From positions 168,604-232,603 of the forward strand of contig JAQTSC010000001.1 of NCBI GenBank assembly GCA_028711505.1: a stretch of DNA of 64,000 bases, read 5' to 3'. The translations under genes were made by a program, and so were the position numbers. Below are positions 38,819 to 49,432 of this stretch, one piece after another. Positions within the stretch are counted from its first letter, which is position 1. Every line of letters starts with the position of its first letter. The stretch is from Minisyncoccota bacterium. Lineage in GTDB: Bacteria; Patescibacteriota; Minisyncoccia; JAHISW01; Tagabacteraceae. The notes under the pieces were generated by a model that worked only from the letters and a program-made list of their open reading frames with translations, had not been told where the DNA came from and ran no database searches.

Positions 38819-41128
38819 TTATGGCGTCGTCGTTGTCGCGGGCGTGCAAAGAGCTTTTATGTCATCGTAGTGCTCTTTGTCTGCTAACTCAATAAACTTC
38901 AATACGTTTTTAGCAATAGATTTTCCTTCAAGCATAGCTGCGGAAATTGGTCTTGAAAAATCTTGTCCGTGAGAATACTCGTGTAAAAACTTAACTACAA
39001 AATCACCCGTGCCTTTTTTGAGATGATTTGGGTCTGCAACGAATCTATTAAGTACGATACTGGTAAAATCCTCGGTTGTTCTACAAGACCATTTGAAGCC
39101 AGAAAAAAACTCTAAAACCTTCCTTGCTATATTCGCCACGAGTGGTTCGTCCAATGGTCTTATATTATTTGCAAACTGATAAAGTCGGCAAAAGAGATAT
39201 TGATATTCGCTTTTATATTCTTTAAGAAGGTCTGGGAGATTTTCAACTTTAACTTCTTGGGTAGTGTTTTCTTTATCAAGGGAAATAAGATACATCCACG
39301 AATCATTTTCTAATTGCTTGCTTAAAAACCAATCGCGCATTAAATTAAAAAACTCGAAATTGTGTGTGAGTACAATCAGCTGCCCGACATTTTTTAGTTG
39401 TCTTTTTATCAAGCCCGCCGTGCGGAATAAAAAAATACTATCCTGACTATCAACTGGGTCATCAACGACAATCAAACAATTCTCTTTATTACACCCGTCT
39501 TCTTCAAGTTTTATTAAAAAGTAGACAAGAGCAAGCACGCCTTCTTCTCCTTCGCTCAAATGCTTGGCATCTTTATTTCTTCGTTTCAAAACATAGCTTG
39601 TATCACCATCCTCCGACTCTGTAACTTCAAGGTAGATATGGGATTCACCAAAAAACTCTTTTAGTATGGCATTGATTTTATCAACTGCATCTGTTGCATT
39701 ATGTAAAGATGCTTTTTTGCTTTGGATTTTAATAATCAAATCACCACGCTCAACTTTTAATTTAGCTATCTCTGCCGCAATACGCTCATTTTCTTTTTTG
39801 TTTTGGAAATACTGCTTATCAGATAAAATCGAGGCTATTATATGTAATTCAATTTTTTCTGCTGCGTTTTTAACTTCTTCTGATATTGTTGCTACTTTTT
39901 TGTTGTGTTCAGTTATTATACTTTTAATTTTTTCCAAACTTACATTTGCCTTGTCTATGGCGTCTTTTGGGTATATTACGGCGCTATGCTTTTTAGTGCA
40001 GTCGTGTAGATTGTCTTTTTTATTTTTAAGACAATCCGTGAGAGAGCCAATTACTTCTTTTATTTTTTTGACTTGTTCTTCGAGCTCCTTCTTCGCTGTT
40101 GTATATTCTTTTGCTGGTTCGGGGAACAAGGCACTTGATTCCAACTCTAACGCGATGCCGTTATAATCATCGTTTTCAAGAGAAATTATTGCATCCTCAA
40201 TTTGCTTCTTTGTTTTTTGAAGTTCGTCGGTAAAAAAACTTCCAAGACGAGTTAAGGTTTCTCCTGGCAAACTACTTTTGCAGAATTGACATTCGGTCAA
40301 AGCCCTATCTTTGTGTAGTTTATATCCAGTCTCAACCCAATCTCGTAAATCCTTATCATCTTTAAGCTCCTTGATTTCTTGTACGTTAATTGTGGTACAA
40401 AGTAGACCATTGGCACTACCAAAAAGCTCGGAAAAATCTGGAATCGTTGCTACGTTTAATTTAATTTCTTTCTTCTCATTTTTTATAATATCTTTCTTTG
40501 CGTCCACGTCTGCCTGGTCTGCAATAATCAATGAGGCGATACTACTTTCGCTTACTACTCCACTTTCAATACGCTTATCGACTTTATTTTTGTTATAGCT
40601 TCTACCATAGTATGTATCATTCGCCAGCGGTGTGTTGGTAAAGTTTTGAGGAACTTGTCTTCCTGCCTCCGTGAGAATAGCGTCAAGTTTAGGTAATTTT
40701 CCTTGCGCTTCCTCTAACTCCTCAATGCTTTTCTGCTTTGCCTTATAATCAATATCTAACGCTTCAATTTCTTTTTTGGTCTCAACATTTTCTTTTCCAA
40801 GTATTACGATTTTCTTCGCTTGCGATTCTTCGAACAGTAGGTTTTCTTTTATAAAATCTTCATTAAAAACCCTTACATTGAGTTCGTGATTCGCTATATT
40901 GTTCTGTTTTATTGTGCCAGCGTCTGTTTGAACTGTGAACTCAACAGAGGTTAAGTCTGGGATGTGTATTGCTTTTCTTTCCAAAAAATTAAAAAGTCTG
41001 GAAATGGTAGTCTTTCCAGAACCGTTCCAACCGTAAATAAGGTTGTGCTTTTTGAGGTCATCGCCAAGCCAATTGAAGGAATCAAAAGCGTCAACATTTT
41101 TTATTTCTTTGACTTTTTTTACTATCAT
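38819..41128 (-). CDS. AAA_13-family ABC-type ATPase with coiled-coil insertion and CxxC hook (PrrC/RloC-like; putative anticodon-nuclease-type abortive-infection protein)
   Basis: Walker A GWNGSGKTT near the N-terminus, ~300-aa coiled-coil containing CQFCKS, Walker B-like LIVVDDPVDSQD, C-terminal His-containing region. Directly downstream of the type I RM genes. Confidence 0.5.
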   Translation of the reverse strand: MIVKKVKEIKNVDAFDSFNWLGDDLKKHNLIYGWNGSGKTTISRLFNFLERKAIHIPDLTSVEFTVQTDAGTIKQNNIANHELNVRVFNEDFIKENLLFEESQAKKIVILGKENVETKKEIEALDIDYKAKQKSIEELEEAQGKLPKLDAILTEAGRQVPQNFTNTPLANDTYYGRSYNKNKVDKRIESGVVSESSIASLIIADQADVDAKKDIIKNEKKEIKLNVATIPDFSELFGSANGLLCTTINVQEIKELKDDKDLRDWVETGYKLHKDRALTECQFCKSSLPGETLTRLGSFFTDELQKTKKQIEDAIISLENDDYNGIALELESSALFPEPAKEYTTAKKELEEQVKKIKEVIGSLTDCLKNKKDNLHDCTKKHSAVIYPKDAIDKANVSLEKIKSIITEHNKKVATISEEVKNAAEKIELHIIASILSDKQYFQNKKENERIAAEIAKLKVERGDLIIKIQSKKASLHNATDAVDKINAILKEFFGESHIYLEVTESEDGDTSYVLKRRNKDAKHLSEGEEGVLALVYFLIKLEEDGCNKENCLIVVDDPVDSQDSIFLFRTAGLIKRQLKNVGQLIVLTHNFEFFNLMRDWFLSKQLENDSWMYLISLDKENTTQEVKVENLPDLLKEYKSEYQYLFCRLYQFANNIRPLDEPLVANIARKVLEFFSGFKWSCRTTEDFTSIVLNRFVADPNHLKKGTGDFVVKFLHEYSHGQDFSRPISAAMLEGKSIAKNVLKFIELADKEHYDDIKALCTPATTTTP

Positions 41129-41133
41129 AATGT

Positions 41134-43575
41134 TTATTCACCCCAAACTTCGGCGATTTTAGCCTTAATCTTTTCTTCGTATATTTCAATCATCCTTTTG
41201 GCTGATTCGACGTGTTTCGATTCATTTTCAATTTCAGAGACAATCTTTGTCTGTTCTTCAATCGGTGGTAGAAGTATTGAATAGTTTGAAACAAAATTGT
41301 TTGTTAATCTCTGCTGTCCAGCAGAGCCTGTCATATTATTTTTTCCCATCTTCAAAAACCTATCTTCCGCAATATAGTAATACAATAATTCGGGCAATAT
41401 CTTTTCTGTGGAGCGTAAAACAAAGAACTCTGTCGAACCAAATCCAATACCATTGGTGAGATTTTTTGCTATACCCGCTTTTCCGTTTTCAAAACACGGA
41501 GTAATTTTTGCAAGGAGAACATCATTATCCCTAAAATAAGTATAACTTTTTATCACGTCTTTGAGCGGTTTTGTTTCTTTCGGATAGAAAAACTTTTGAT
41601 GCTCTTCGATGTCTGCCATCGGCACAAATGATACTTGGGTAGTCCCGCTTATTTTTTTGACTTCTGATTTTGCTGGGTTTATTTCACAAACTTCTTTTAA
41701 GGAAACTTTTTTCCAATTTGGATTAACTTTTATTGATGATTTTGAGTGTTCAATAATTTGCTTTGCTCCATCTATAACTTTTTGATAGTTGTTAATTTCG
41801 CCGACTATTTCTCTTTGTACCTCAATCGGAGGTAGAGGGATTTTAATTTTTGAGTATTCAGAAATCCAATATCTTTTATGTTTATGACTTACAGAACCTA
41901 TCTTCTGCATTACATAAAACAAAAATCCTATATCTGCCACATTTTCCTTTGCGTGCAATATCTTCATCGCAGATGATTTAACCTTAAAAGGAAAATCAAC
42001 GAACTTTATCGCAGTAGTAAAATCATCAAAAATAATAACGGGCAATTTTTCTTTGAAGATACCGTCTTTTTCGTTGGTGTGTCCTAAAATAAAAGTTTTT
42101 CCAGCAGTTAATACTGGTGTTGTGTAGCTGTCATCATAATCAACAGAACGAACAATATACTTTGTGGGTTGTTCATAATCCAATATTTCACCCAGACTAA
42201 CCATTTGCCATTTAGTATTATTGTTACCAACCACGGCTCTATAATGGTCTCCTGACAGGTCGTAATTTTCGTTTTCAGCAATCTTTGTTTTAAGAGCTGT
42301 CCAAGCAAATAAACTACCTTTCTTCAATAGCGGATTTTTCTTTCCCGTTGTTATTGCATTTCGCTGTGCTTGTAATACTTCAATGGCGTGGGGCAAATCA
42401 TTTCGGTCAACTGGTCTACGTTGGGCGCCAAGGTCAAATCCATCGTTAAGTACTTTTATAAACAGAACTTCATTTGATTGTTTTGAAAGTTGATTGTCAA
42501 AAAATAAAATACTGGTTCTTACGCCAGAATATGGATTGAAAACTCCCGAAGGTAAAGAAACGACAGCGTACAAACCATCCTCAACAAGTAGTTTTCTTAA
42601 TTGTTTATAGGCTCCTGCTACTTGAAAAATAATAGCCTCTGGCACGATGATACCAGCACGTCCCTTATTATTGAGATGCTCCATAATATAATCTACGAAA
42701 AGCACTTCGGCGCGGTTAGCTTGTGCCATAAAGCGCTTGTGTGGGCGTATTCCGCCTTTGGGTGTCATAAAGGGTGGATTTGCCATCATTACGTCAAAGC
42801 GCTCGTCCCACTTCTCTTCGCTTGTTAGCGTGTCATATTCGTGGATATTTGGACTTGGGAAGCCGTGTAGATACAGATTTACAAGCGATAACTTCACCAT
42901 ATCGGGTGAAATATCATAGCCAGTAAGATTGCCCATTAAGCGTTTCTTTTCATCTGGGGTAAGCGGTTTATTCTTATTTGATTTAAGAATATGTTTGTAT
43001 GCAGAAATAAGAAATCCTGCCGTGCCACAAGCGGGGTCAAGTATTGTTTCGTCTTTCTTTGGGTCAACAACTTCAACGATAAAATCAATAATATGTCGCG
43101 GCGTTCTGAACTGTCCTGCGTCGCCCTGAGAGCCAAGGATTGAAAGTAAATACTCAAACGCATCACCAAGATTTTCACTGTGGTCGTAATTAAAAAAGTT
43201 TATATCTTTCAAAAATAGATTGAGAGTTTCTGGGTCGCGATATGGTAAAAAAGCATCTTTGAAAACATCACGAAAGAGTTGTGGAAGATGTGGATTTTTC
43301 GACATCTTTGTAATAGCTTCCACATAAAGATTCAAACGCTCCTGTCCGCCAAGTTTAGCATCCATCATTTTGCCCCAAGCATATTTTTCAAATCCATTCG
43401 TAAAAAACTGCGCCTTGCCCTTCGGTAAAGATGCAGCTCGCTTATCCATATCATCCATAAACTTATAGATAAGCGCTGTGGTGATTTGTTCCACTTGGGC
43501 TTTCGGGTCTGGGACTTTACCAACTAAAATATCCCGCGCCGAATCAATTTTCTTTTTTATATCTGTTGTTAGCAT
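41134..43575 (-). CDS. hsdMS: Type I restriction-modification N6-adenine methyltransferase fused to specificity subunit (HsdM-HsdS)
   Basis: HsdM N-terminus (QVEQITTALIYKFMDDMD), motif I LDPACGTAGFL, motif IV NPPF. About 370 C-terminal residues carry two TRD-like halves with conserved HsdS-type spacer helices. Confidence 0.8.
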   Translation of the reverse strand: MLTTDIKKKIDSARDILVGKVPDPKAQVEQITTALIYKFMDDMDKRAASLPKGKAQFFTNGFEKYAWGKMMDAKLGGQERLNLYVEAITKMSKNPHLPQLFRDVFKDAFLPYRDPETLNLFLKDINFFNYDHSENLGDAFEYLLSILGSQGDAGQFRTPRHIIDFIVEVVDPKKDETILDPACGTAGFLISAYKHILKSNKNKPLTPDEKKRLMGNLTGYDISPDMVKLSLVNLYLHGFPSPNIHEYDTLTSEEKWDERFDVMMANPPFMTPKGGIRPHKRFMAQANRAEVLFVDYIMEHLNNKGRAGIIVPEAIIFQVAGAYKQLRKLLVEDGLYAVVSLPSGVFNPYSGVRTSILFFDNQLSKQSNEVLFIKVLNDGFDLGAQRRPVDRNDLPHAIEVLQAQRNAITTGKKNPLLKKGSLFAWTALKTKIAENENYDLSGDHYRAVVGNNNTKWQMVSLGEILDYEQPTKYIVRSVDYDDSYTTPVLTAGKTFILGHTNEKDGIFKEKLPVIIFDDFTTAIKFVDFPFKVKSSAMKILHAKENVADIGFLFYVMQKIGSVSHKHKRYWISEYSKIKIPLPPIEVQREIVGEINNYQKVIDGAKQIIEHSKSSIKVNPNWKKVSLKEVCEINPAKSEVKKISGTTQVSFVPMADIEEHQKFFYPKETKPLKDVIKSYTYFRDNDVLLAKITPCFENGKAGIAKNLTNGIGFGSTEFFVLRSTEKILPELLYYYIAEDRFLKMGKNNMTGSAGQQRLTNNFVSNYSILLPPIEEQTKIVSEIENESKHVESAKRMIEIYEEKIKAKIAEVWGE

Positions 43576-43577
43576 AA

Positions 43578-46094
43578 TTACATATAGGCGTTAAGCGAAA
43601 CATAATCCTTCACATATTCTGGCACTTTCTCAATCCAACCATTTAAGGCTTCAAGGTCTGCAAAAGTTAGTTTTGGATTGGTGGCGAGCCGCGCATATTC
43701 ACCCTTTTCGATAATGTCTCGTATTTCATTATCGGTTATGTATGCCTTCAAGTAATTTTTAATCGGCATTACGAATTGATTTTCTGGCTTATTGATAGCA
43801 ACGAACTTCTCAAACTCTCCCTCCAATAATTCGTCTTTTGATTTGAAGTTAGTGATACCACCGAAGATTTTTTCTATAAACTCGCGCAAGCTGATGCGTC
43901 GGTCAGACTTCACTGATTTACGTAATTTGTCCAGATTGAAGAAATCTTCTGGCTTATCAAAAATCTTGTCTTTTACATAATCTTCAATCGTCGCCAAATC
44001 TCCTTCATCATATTTTTGTTTAATAAAGGAGTCTTCTTTTATTGCTGCCTCAAACTTTTCGAATAGCTTGCGGTCAATCTTCATCCCTTCAACACCCACC
44101 GCTTTTTCAGTAAATGTTTTTAATGGGTCTGGCTGCGTAATTGAAATCTCGTCAATGTTTATTCCGCCTTCTCCACTTTCACCGCCAGTGCCAGTTTTAG
44201 CAGGTAAATGTAAAACCTCATCGTAATCATACTTTTCTTCAAAGTATTCGCAGTTAGCAAAGAAATCAAAGAGCTTAAACTTTTCTTTTGATACTTTTGC
44301 TTCCTGTATTTTGCCACCTTCTTTTTCTTGGTGGGTAAATGTGAACTTGCGCGTGCCACGTCCCTTAATCTGAATAAAATCAGTCGGAGAAAATATCGGG
44401 CGCATCAAGGCAACGTTGAGTATATCTTGGCAATCATAACCAGTTGTCATCATCCCAACTGTTACACAAAGACGCGTCTTGCTGGAATGATAGCCGTCCA
44501 AAAACTTTGTATAGCCATTAAGATTGTTGTTAGCAAAACTCACCGTAAAATCTTGGGCACTTGGAATATTTGAAGTAACCTGTACGGCAAAATCAGAATT
44601 ATATTTGCCTGGATAAAGTTGGTCGGCAAACTGATTAAGTATTTGTGTAACTTTGGATGCGTGTTTTTGACTAACACAAAAAACAATACCCTTACCAATT
44701 TCTCCCGTTATTGGGTCTTTAAGAGCATTTTCAAAAAATGTTTTGCAAAAAATCTGATTGGTTTTATCGGAGAAGAACTTGCGTTCAAAATCAGTATGGA
44801 AAAAAGTCTGTTCTTCTTCCTTACCGTTTTCATCTTCAACCATCATCGCATAGCCCTTTTCAGAAAGAAGCTCGGTTGTTATTTCGGTACGCGCATCAGC
44901 AACAACTGGGTTTATTAAATAGCCTTCCTTAACGCCATCAAGCAAGGTGTATCGAAATGTTGGCTCGCCAGTTTCGCAGCCAAAAGTTTTGTAGGTATCA
45001 AAAAGTTGGCGGCGCTCCCAAGCGCGCGGGTCTTTGGTGTTGAGTTTTTCAGGGTTGATTCCTTTGAGATAATTTTTAGGAGTTGCAGTAAGTCCGAGTT
45101 TATAGCCAACAAAATACTCAAATACTGCACGACTATTGCCGCCGATTGAACGATGGGCTTCATCGGAAATTATGAGGTCAAAATCCGTAGGAGAGAATAA
45201 TTTTTGATACTTATTATTAAAGGAAAGACTTTGCACAGTGGAAACAACAATCTCTGCCTTGCGCCAGTCATCTTTGTTTTCTTTATAAACAACGGTTGTA
45301 TAATCCTTTGAAAGCCACTTCTTGAAGTTCTTGGCTGCCTGGTCTTCCAATTCCAAACGGTCAACAAGAAATAAAATACGCTTGGCATTTCCGCTTTTTA
45401 GGAAAAGTTTAATGATAGCCGCTGATACAAGAGTTTTACCCGTGCCTGTCGCCATCTCAAACAAATAACGGTCATTGCCTTTGGCGGCGGATTCTTGAAG
45501 AGATTTGATGGCGTGTAATTGATATGGGCGCAAAAACTTTAATCCTTCCGTGTCAATAAGATTCTGTTGCTGCTCTTCGTTCTCCCAGCGTGGGTCGCTC
45601 TTATAATCTGTCTTCTGGGTAAGTACTATGTAATCATTTTCTACATCCTCATCGGCAAGACGCTTGGAATTAGGTTTGAATTGTTCAAAATGTTGAAGTG
45701 ATTGTGGTGTTGGAAATTGGACAATGATTGTAGGGTTGCCGCGCTCCAAGTCCCAGAAATAGTGAAGGTTACCGTTAGAAAGAATAACAAAACGTACATT
45801 TAGGGACTGGGCATAGCTGCGCGCTTGTTCTTTGCCGTCAAGCGGGTCTTTGTCTTCGGACTTCGCTTCAAGCACTACATACGGGAATCCTTTTTCATCA
45901 AGTAATAAAAAATCAACAAAACCATTTTTTGTTTTTTCGAAATCACCACCAAAAGCATCGACTGCTTTTTTAGTAAGTTTAGTGTTAAGTTCAAGGGCGA
46001 TGTTAGCCTTGCCTTTTTCATCATCAAAAAATCTCCAACCAGACTTTTGGAGGAGGTCGTTTATTTTTATTCGTGATTTAGCTTCTTTTTGCAT
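43578..46094 (-). CDS. hsdR: Type I restriction enzyme R subunit (PD-(D/E)xK nuclease + SF2 helicase)
   Basis: N-terminal VDFLLLDEKGFPYVVLEAKS (D...EAK), Walker A MATGTGKT, DEAH (LIISDEAHRS), motif VI QIKGRGTR. Confidence 0.8.
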   Translation of the reverse strand: MQKEAKSRIKINDLLQKSGWRFFDDEKGKANIALELNTKLTKKAVDAFGGDFEKTKNGFVDFLLLDEKGFPYVVLEAKSEDKDPLDGKEQARSYAQSLNVRFVILSNGNLHYFWDLERGNPTIIVQFPTPQSLQHFEQFKPNSKRLADEDVENDYIVLTQKTDYKSDPRWENEEQQQNLIDTEGLKFLRPYQLHAIKSLQESAAKGNDRYLFEMATGTGKTLVSAAIIKLFLKSGNAKRILFLVDRLELEDQAAKNFKKWLSKDYTTVVYKENKDDWRKAEIVVSTVQSLSFNNKYQKLFSPTDFDLIISDEAHRSIGGNSRAVFEYFVGYKLGLTATPKNYLKGINPEKLNTKDPRAWERRQLFDTYKTFGCETGEPTFRYTLLDGVKEGYLINPVVADARTEITTELLSEKGYAMMVEDENGKEEEQTFFHTDFERKFFSDKTNQIFCKTFFENALKDPITGEIGKGIVFCVSQKHASKVTQILNQFADQLYPGKYNSDFAVQVTSNIPSAQDFTVSFANNNLNGYTKFLDGYHSSKTRLCVTVGMMTTGYDCQDILNVALMRPIFSPTDFIQIKGRGTRKFTFTHQEKEGGKIQEAKVSKEKFKLFDFFANCEYFEEKYDYDEVLHLPAKTGTGGESGEGGINIDEISITQPDPLKTFTEKAVGVEGMKIDRKLFEKFEAAIKEDSFIKQKYDEGDLATIEDYVKDKIFDKPEDFFNLDKLRKSVKSDRRISLREFIEKIFGGITNFKSKDELLEGEFEKFVAINKPENQFVMPIKNYLKAYITDNEIRDIIEKGEYARLATNPKLTFADLEALNGWIEKVPEYVKDYVSLNAYM

Positions 46095-46129
46095 AATACA
46101 TTTTCATTTTCATATTTACAGAGAAACGG

Positions 46130-46318
46130 TTATCTCTTTTTCTTTTTTGCCTTAAAACTGTTCTCGACGAACTCTTCAAGGTCTTCTTTTCTAAAACGCC
46201 AACGTCCAATTTTTGCAGCTTTAATTTTACCGCTATGCAGATAGCGGAATAGTGTGCGCTTGCCAATATCAAGAAACTTGGCGGCTTCTTCTATATTCAA
46301 AAACTTCTCTTGTTCCAT
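46130..46318 (-). CDS. Excisionase/MerR-type HTH DNA-binding protein
   Basis: 62 aa; LNIEEAAKFLDIGKRTLFRYLHSGKIKAAKIGRWRFRKEDLEEF. Confidence 0.65.
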   Translation of the reverse strand: MEQEKFLNIEEAAKFLDIGKRTLFRYLHSGKIKAAKIGRWRFRKEDLEEFVENSFKAKKKKR

Positions 46319-46392
46319 ACAAACATATTGTATCCCTTTTTGCTCGAAATGGCAATTATTGGCATTTCTTGATATAATGGCTTTAAGACACT

Positions 46393-47067
46393 ATGGAAAT
46401 GAAAATGACAACAAAAGAAAAGGATATTTTATTTGCTCAAATTATCAATGAGCACTTTTTAACGCAAAAAAATAATACGGTCTATATACCAGCAAGACAT
46501 CTCGAAGCGAAGGGTTTTGATATTTCTGATAGTAATAATGCCTTGTGGCGCCTAAAAGATAATGGGATTATTAAACAATATAAACATTGCTGGGGCTTTT
46601 GGGAGATTAAAGGCAGTAAGAAGGTTTTTGTTATTACGAGCGAAGAGGAACCCAAAACAGATGATGACGTTGAGGTTTATCAGATTAACGTTATTCCTGG
46701 ACACCTTGTGCAAGCAACAAAAAGCCAAATAGAAAAACAAGAAGAAAAAAATGTTACTCTCTACCTCAACAAAAATGGTGATTTGTACAGAGAGCCGAAA
46801 AGCAATTTTTGTTATCCGATGAGCGGTAAGGGTGTTCCATTAAAAATACTCAAATACTTCGTAGATAACCCAAATATTGATTATGAACAAAATACAATAA
46901 ACGCCGCCGACTCTATCGGTATAAAAGCAGACCAATTACGTAAAGAAATAAACAAGATGAGAAAACCCATCAAAGACAGACTAAAACTGAATAGTGGGCT
47001 AATTGAAGCAAGAAGGAATAGCGGTTATAGGCTTAATCCAAATATAGAAATAATACACAAAAACTAA
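46393..47067 (+). CDS. Hypothetical protein (possible element regulator or replication factor)
   Basis: Divergent from the Xis-like gene. TTGATATAAT promoter-like sequence lies upstream. A terminator follows. Confidence 0.5.
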   Translation: MEMKMTTKEKDILFAQIINEHFLTQKNNTVYIPARHLEAKGFDISDSNNALWRLKDNGIIKQYKHCWGFWEIKGSKKVFVITSEEEPKTDDDVEVYQINVIPGHLVQATKSQIEKQEEKNVTLYLNKNGDLYREPKSNFCYPMSGKGVPLKILKYFVDNPNIDYEQNTINAADSIGIKADQLRKEINKMRKPIKDRLKLNSGLIEARRNSGYRLNPNIEIIHKN

Positions 47068-47106
47068 ATACCCTCACGTACCCCATACGTACTGTTAATT
47101 ACTTTT

Positions 47107-47140
47107 AAGACGACTGCTAAAACAGTCGTCTTTTTGTATC
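47107..47140 (+). terminator. Rho-independent terminator
   Basis: AAGACGACTG-ctaaaa-CAGTCGTCTT followed by TTTGTATC. Confidence 0.55.
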
Positions 47141-47449
47141 TCAAAAAGTACGTGCAGATTATGTTAAGCGATAACACGTCGTTGATATTCTGTAAGTATA
47201 TGAAAAATGCAGATACAAAAATTGCAATTAGCGACTTGGGACTTGCGAGCTTACTGGTAACGCTCAACTTTAATTTGGTCGATATGGAGCGCGTGAACGA
47301 AAAGCGCATCAACTTTTTATTTGCGCCAGCAGAAGGAATAGAGCAAGTCATCAGTGATTTTTGGGCAGGCATTAAAATCTCTGTTTCTACACAGAGCCTT
47401 TTTAATAATCAAAAGATGCTCAAAAACCGCTTGTACGCTTTCAAATAAT

Positions 47450-47614
47450 ATGGAGCTTACTGCGGAACAATTACAAATGCTTCGAAAGCCTTTTGAAAAA
47501 GCAGGGGCATTTGTTGGTCGTTCCGAAGAAGAAATTAAAAAACTTCTTGAAGGCATTGCAGATATTTACGTAACCCTTGCAGAAATAAACTTACTTTCAA
47601 AAAATAAAAAATAA
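47450..47614 (+). CDS. Small hypothetical protein (54 aa) immediately upstream of the primase
   Basis: ATG at 47450. It is 4 nt before the Prim-Pol start. Confidence 0.3.
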   Translation: MELTAEQLQMLRKPFEKAGAFVGRSEEEIKKLLEGIADIYVTLAEINLLSKNKK

Positions 47615-47618
47615 AACT

Positions 47619-49352
47619 ATGGAAAATGAAAATCAAATCTTAAAAGCTGCGTTGCGATATTGCGATATGGGATTCTCTATAATTCCAATCGGGGAAAATA
47701 AACGTCCGCTTCTTGCCGAATGGAAACCGTATCAAGAAGTGTGCGCAACAAAGGAACAAGTAGAAAAATGGTTTGAACAATTCCCGCAAGCGAATATAGG
47801 AATCATAACGGGCAAAGTGTCCAATATTGTTGTCATAGATGTTGATGATAAAGATGCAGACATATCAGGGCTAATACCAACAGCTATTGCACAAACTGGT
47901 AGAGGCTTCCACTATTATTATTCACATCCTGGCTTTCCTGTTCATTGCGGCATATTGCGTACCAAGATTGATATTAAGGGAGATGGCGGTTATGTAATTG
48001 CTCCGCCCTCATTGCACGCATCTGGACGTCATTATGAATGGGTTTATCATCCCGATGATGTTGGGTTTGCTGATTTACCGCAATGGGTTTTTAGAGAAAA
48101 CGGAAAACAAAAAATCAATCAAATAGAAAATAATCCTCAAACTGAAAATAAAGTATACGAAGGACATCGAAATGATAGTGCTACGAGATTTGCTGGAAAG
48201 CTATTGCACGCACTACCACGCGAAGACTGGGAGTTTGGATGGTCTGTAATACAAAAATGGAATCAAGAGCGATGTGTGCCGCCGCTTCCAGAAAGTGAGC
48301 TGCGAAAAACTTTTGATAGTATTTCTGGACGTGAAAACAAAAGACAAGATGGAAAGGGCGCTACCGAATGGGAAATAAAAACTATGCAACTTTCGGAACT
48401 TGTTAAAATGGATTTTCCAAATCCACAATGGCTCGTAGATAGATTGATTCCGCACGAGGCTGTTACCATCATCTCTGGTACGCCAGCATCTTATAAAACT
48501 TTCCTTACTCTGGACATTGCATTAAAGGTAGCAAGCGGAGAAAAAGTTTTCGGTAATTTCCAGGCTACCCAAAGTCCAGTTTTAATTATTGATGAAGAAA
48601 ATAATCCACGCGTATTACAAGAACGAGTCAAATTACTTTCACAGAATCCCGACTTGCCAATTTTTATAGCATCAAGAAACGGTTTTCAACTTAACGACGA
48701 CAATGTTCAAAAAATTGTTGATTATGCCAAAAGTAAAAATGTACAACTAATTATATTTGACTCTTTTATTTGCATACACCAAGCCGATGAAAATGTGGCA
48801 AGTGAAATGCGTAATGTGATGAAACACTTGAAAGAGATTGCCAGCCACGGCATCGCGGTTATTGTTATTCATCATCACCGCAAAAGAGGAAATGCGGAAA
48901 AAGGAAATGCCTCGCAGGATATGCGCGGCTCTTCCGATATTCTGGCGCAGGTTGATTGTCATTTGGCGATTGATAGAAAAAAGAGCGGAGACGCCAGCGT
49001 TACTATCCAGCAGGTCAAGTTAAGAGAAGCCAAAGAGATGGAGCCATTTGTTGTTTGCCTTCATAGTAATGGCGAGAGTGGATATTTTGAATATGTTGGG
49101 CAAGCCAAAGAAAAAAATGATAAGCAAGGAGATGTTAAAGCAGCTGTAATTAAAATACTTGGCGCAACAGACAAGCCACTAAATAAGGCAGAGGTATGGA
49201 GACTTATCAAACAGTCTGGTGTTGAGGTGGGACAGTCAACATACAAAACAGCCTTTAAGGAATTGGTTGAGACTGGCGAGATACTCACACAGAAAGGGGC
49301 TAAAAATACCATACTTTGCAGTCTGAATAAGTTAGAGGGTGGTGATGGTTAA
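47619..49352 (+). CDS. Bifunctional DNA primase/polymerase (Prim-Pol N-terminal domain) fused to a RecA-like/AAA_25 helicase-type ATPase domain
   Basis: Prim-Pol motifs GFSIIPIG..KRPL, VVIDVD, GRGFHYYY, DIKGDGGYVIAPPSLH. C-terminal Walker A GTPASYKT and Walker B LIIFDSF. Confidence 0.8.
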   Translation: MENENQILKAALRYCDMGFSIIPIGENKRPLLAEWKPYQEVCATKEQVEKWFEQFPQANIGIITGKVSNIVVIDVDDKDADISGLIPTAIAQTGRGFHYYYSHPGFPVHCGILRTKIDIKGDGGYVIAPPSLHASGRHYEWVYHPDDVGFADLPQWVFRENGKQKINQIENNPQTENKVYEGHRNDSATRFAGKLLHALPREDWEFGWSVIQKWNQERCVPPLPESELRKTFDSISGRENKRQDGKGATEWEIKTMQLSELVKMDFPNPQWLVDRLIPHEAVTIISGTPASYKTFLTLDIALKVASGEKVFGNFQATQSPVLIIDEENNPRVLQERVKLLSQNPDLPIFIASRNGFQLNDDNVQKIVDYAKSKNVQLIIFDSFICIHQADENVASEMRNVMKHLKEIASHGIAVIVIHHHRKRGNAEKGNASQDMRGSSDILAQVDCHLAIDRKKSGDASVTIQQVKLREAKEMEPFVVCLHSNGESGYFEYVGQAKEKNDKQGDVKAAVIKILGATDKPLNKAEVWRLIKQSGVEVGQSTYKTAFKELVETGEILTQKGAKNTILCSLNKLEGGDG

Positions 49353-49432
49353 AAACACTACTATATAGTGTCAGATTTTTTTAACCAACTTAAAGGTCGA
49401 AATAATTAAACAATAATTAAACATAAAAAAAT

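Noticed and set aside
39666-40598. Plus-strand ORFs antisense to the AAA_13 ATPase gene
   Set aside because: Ser/Leu/Phe-rich shadow translations inside a well-supported long gene.
47161-47448. 96-aa plus-strand ORF between the terminator and the primase operon
   Set aside because: It begins within the terminator tail, has no RBS, and lies in the ACGTAC repeat region. Left unannotated as probably non-coding.
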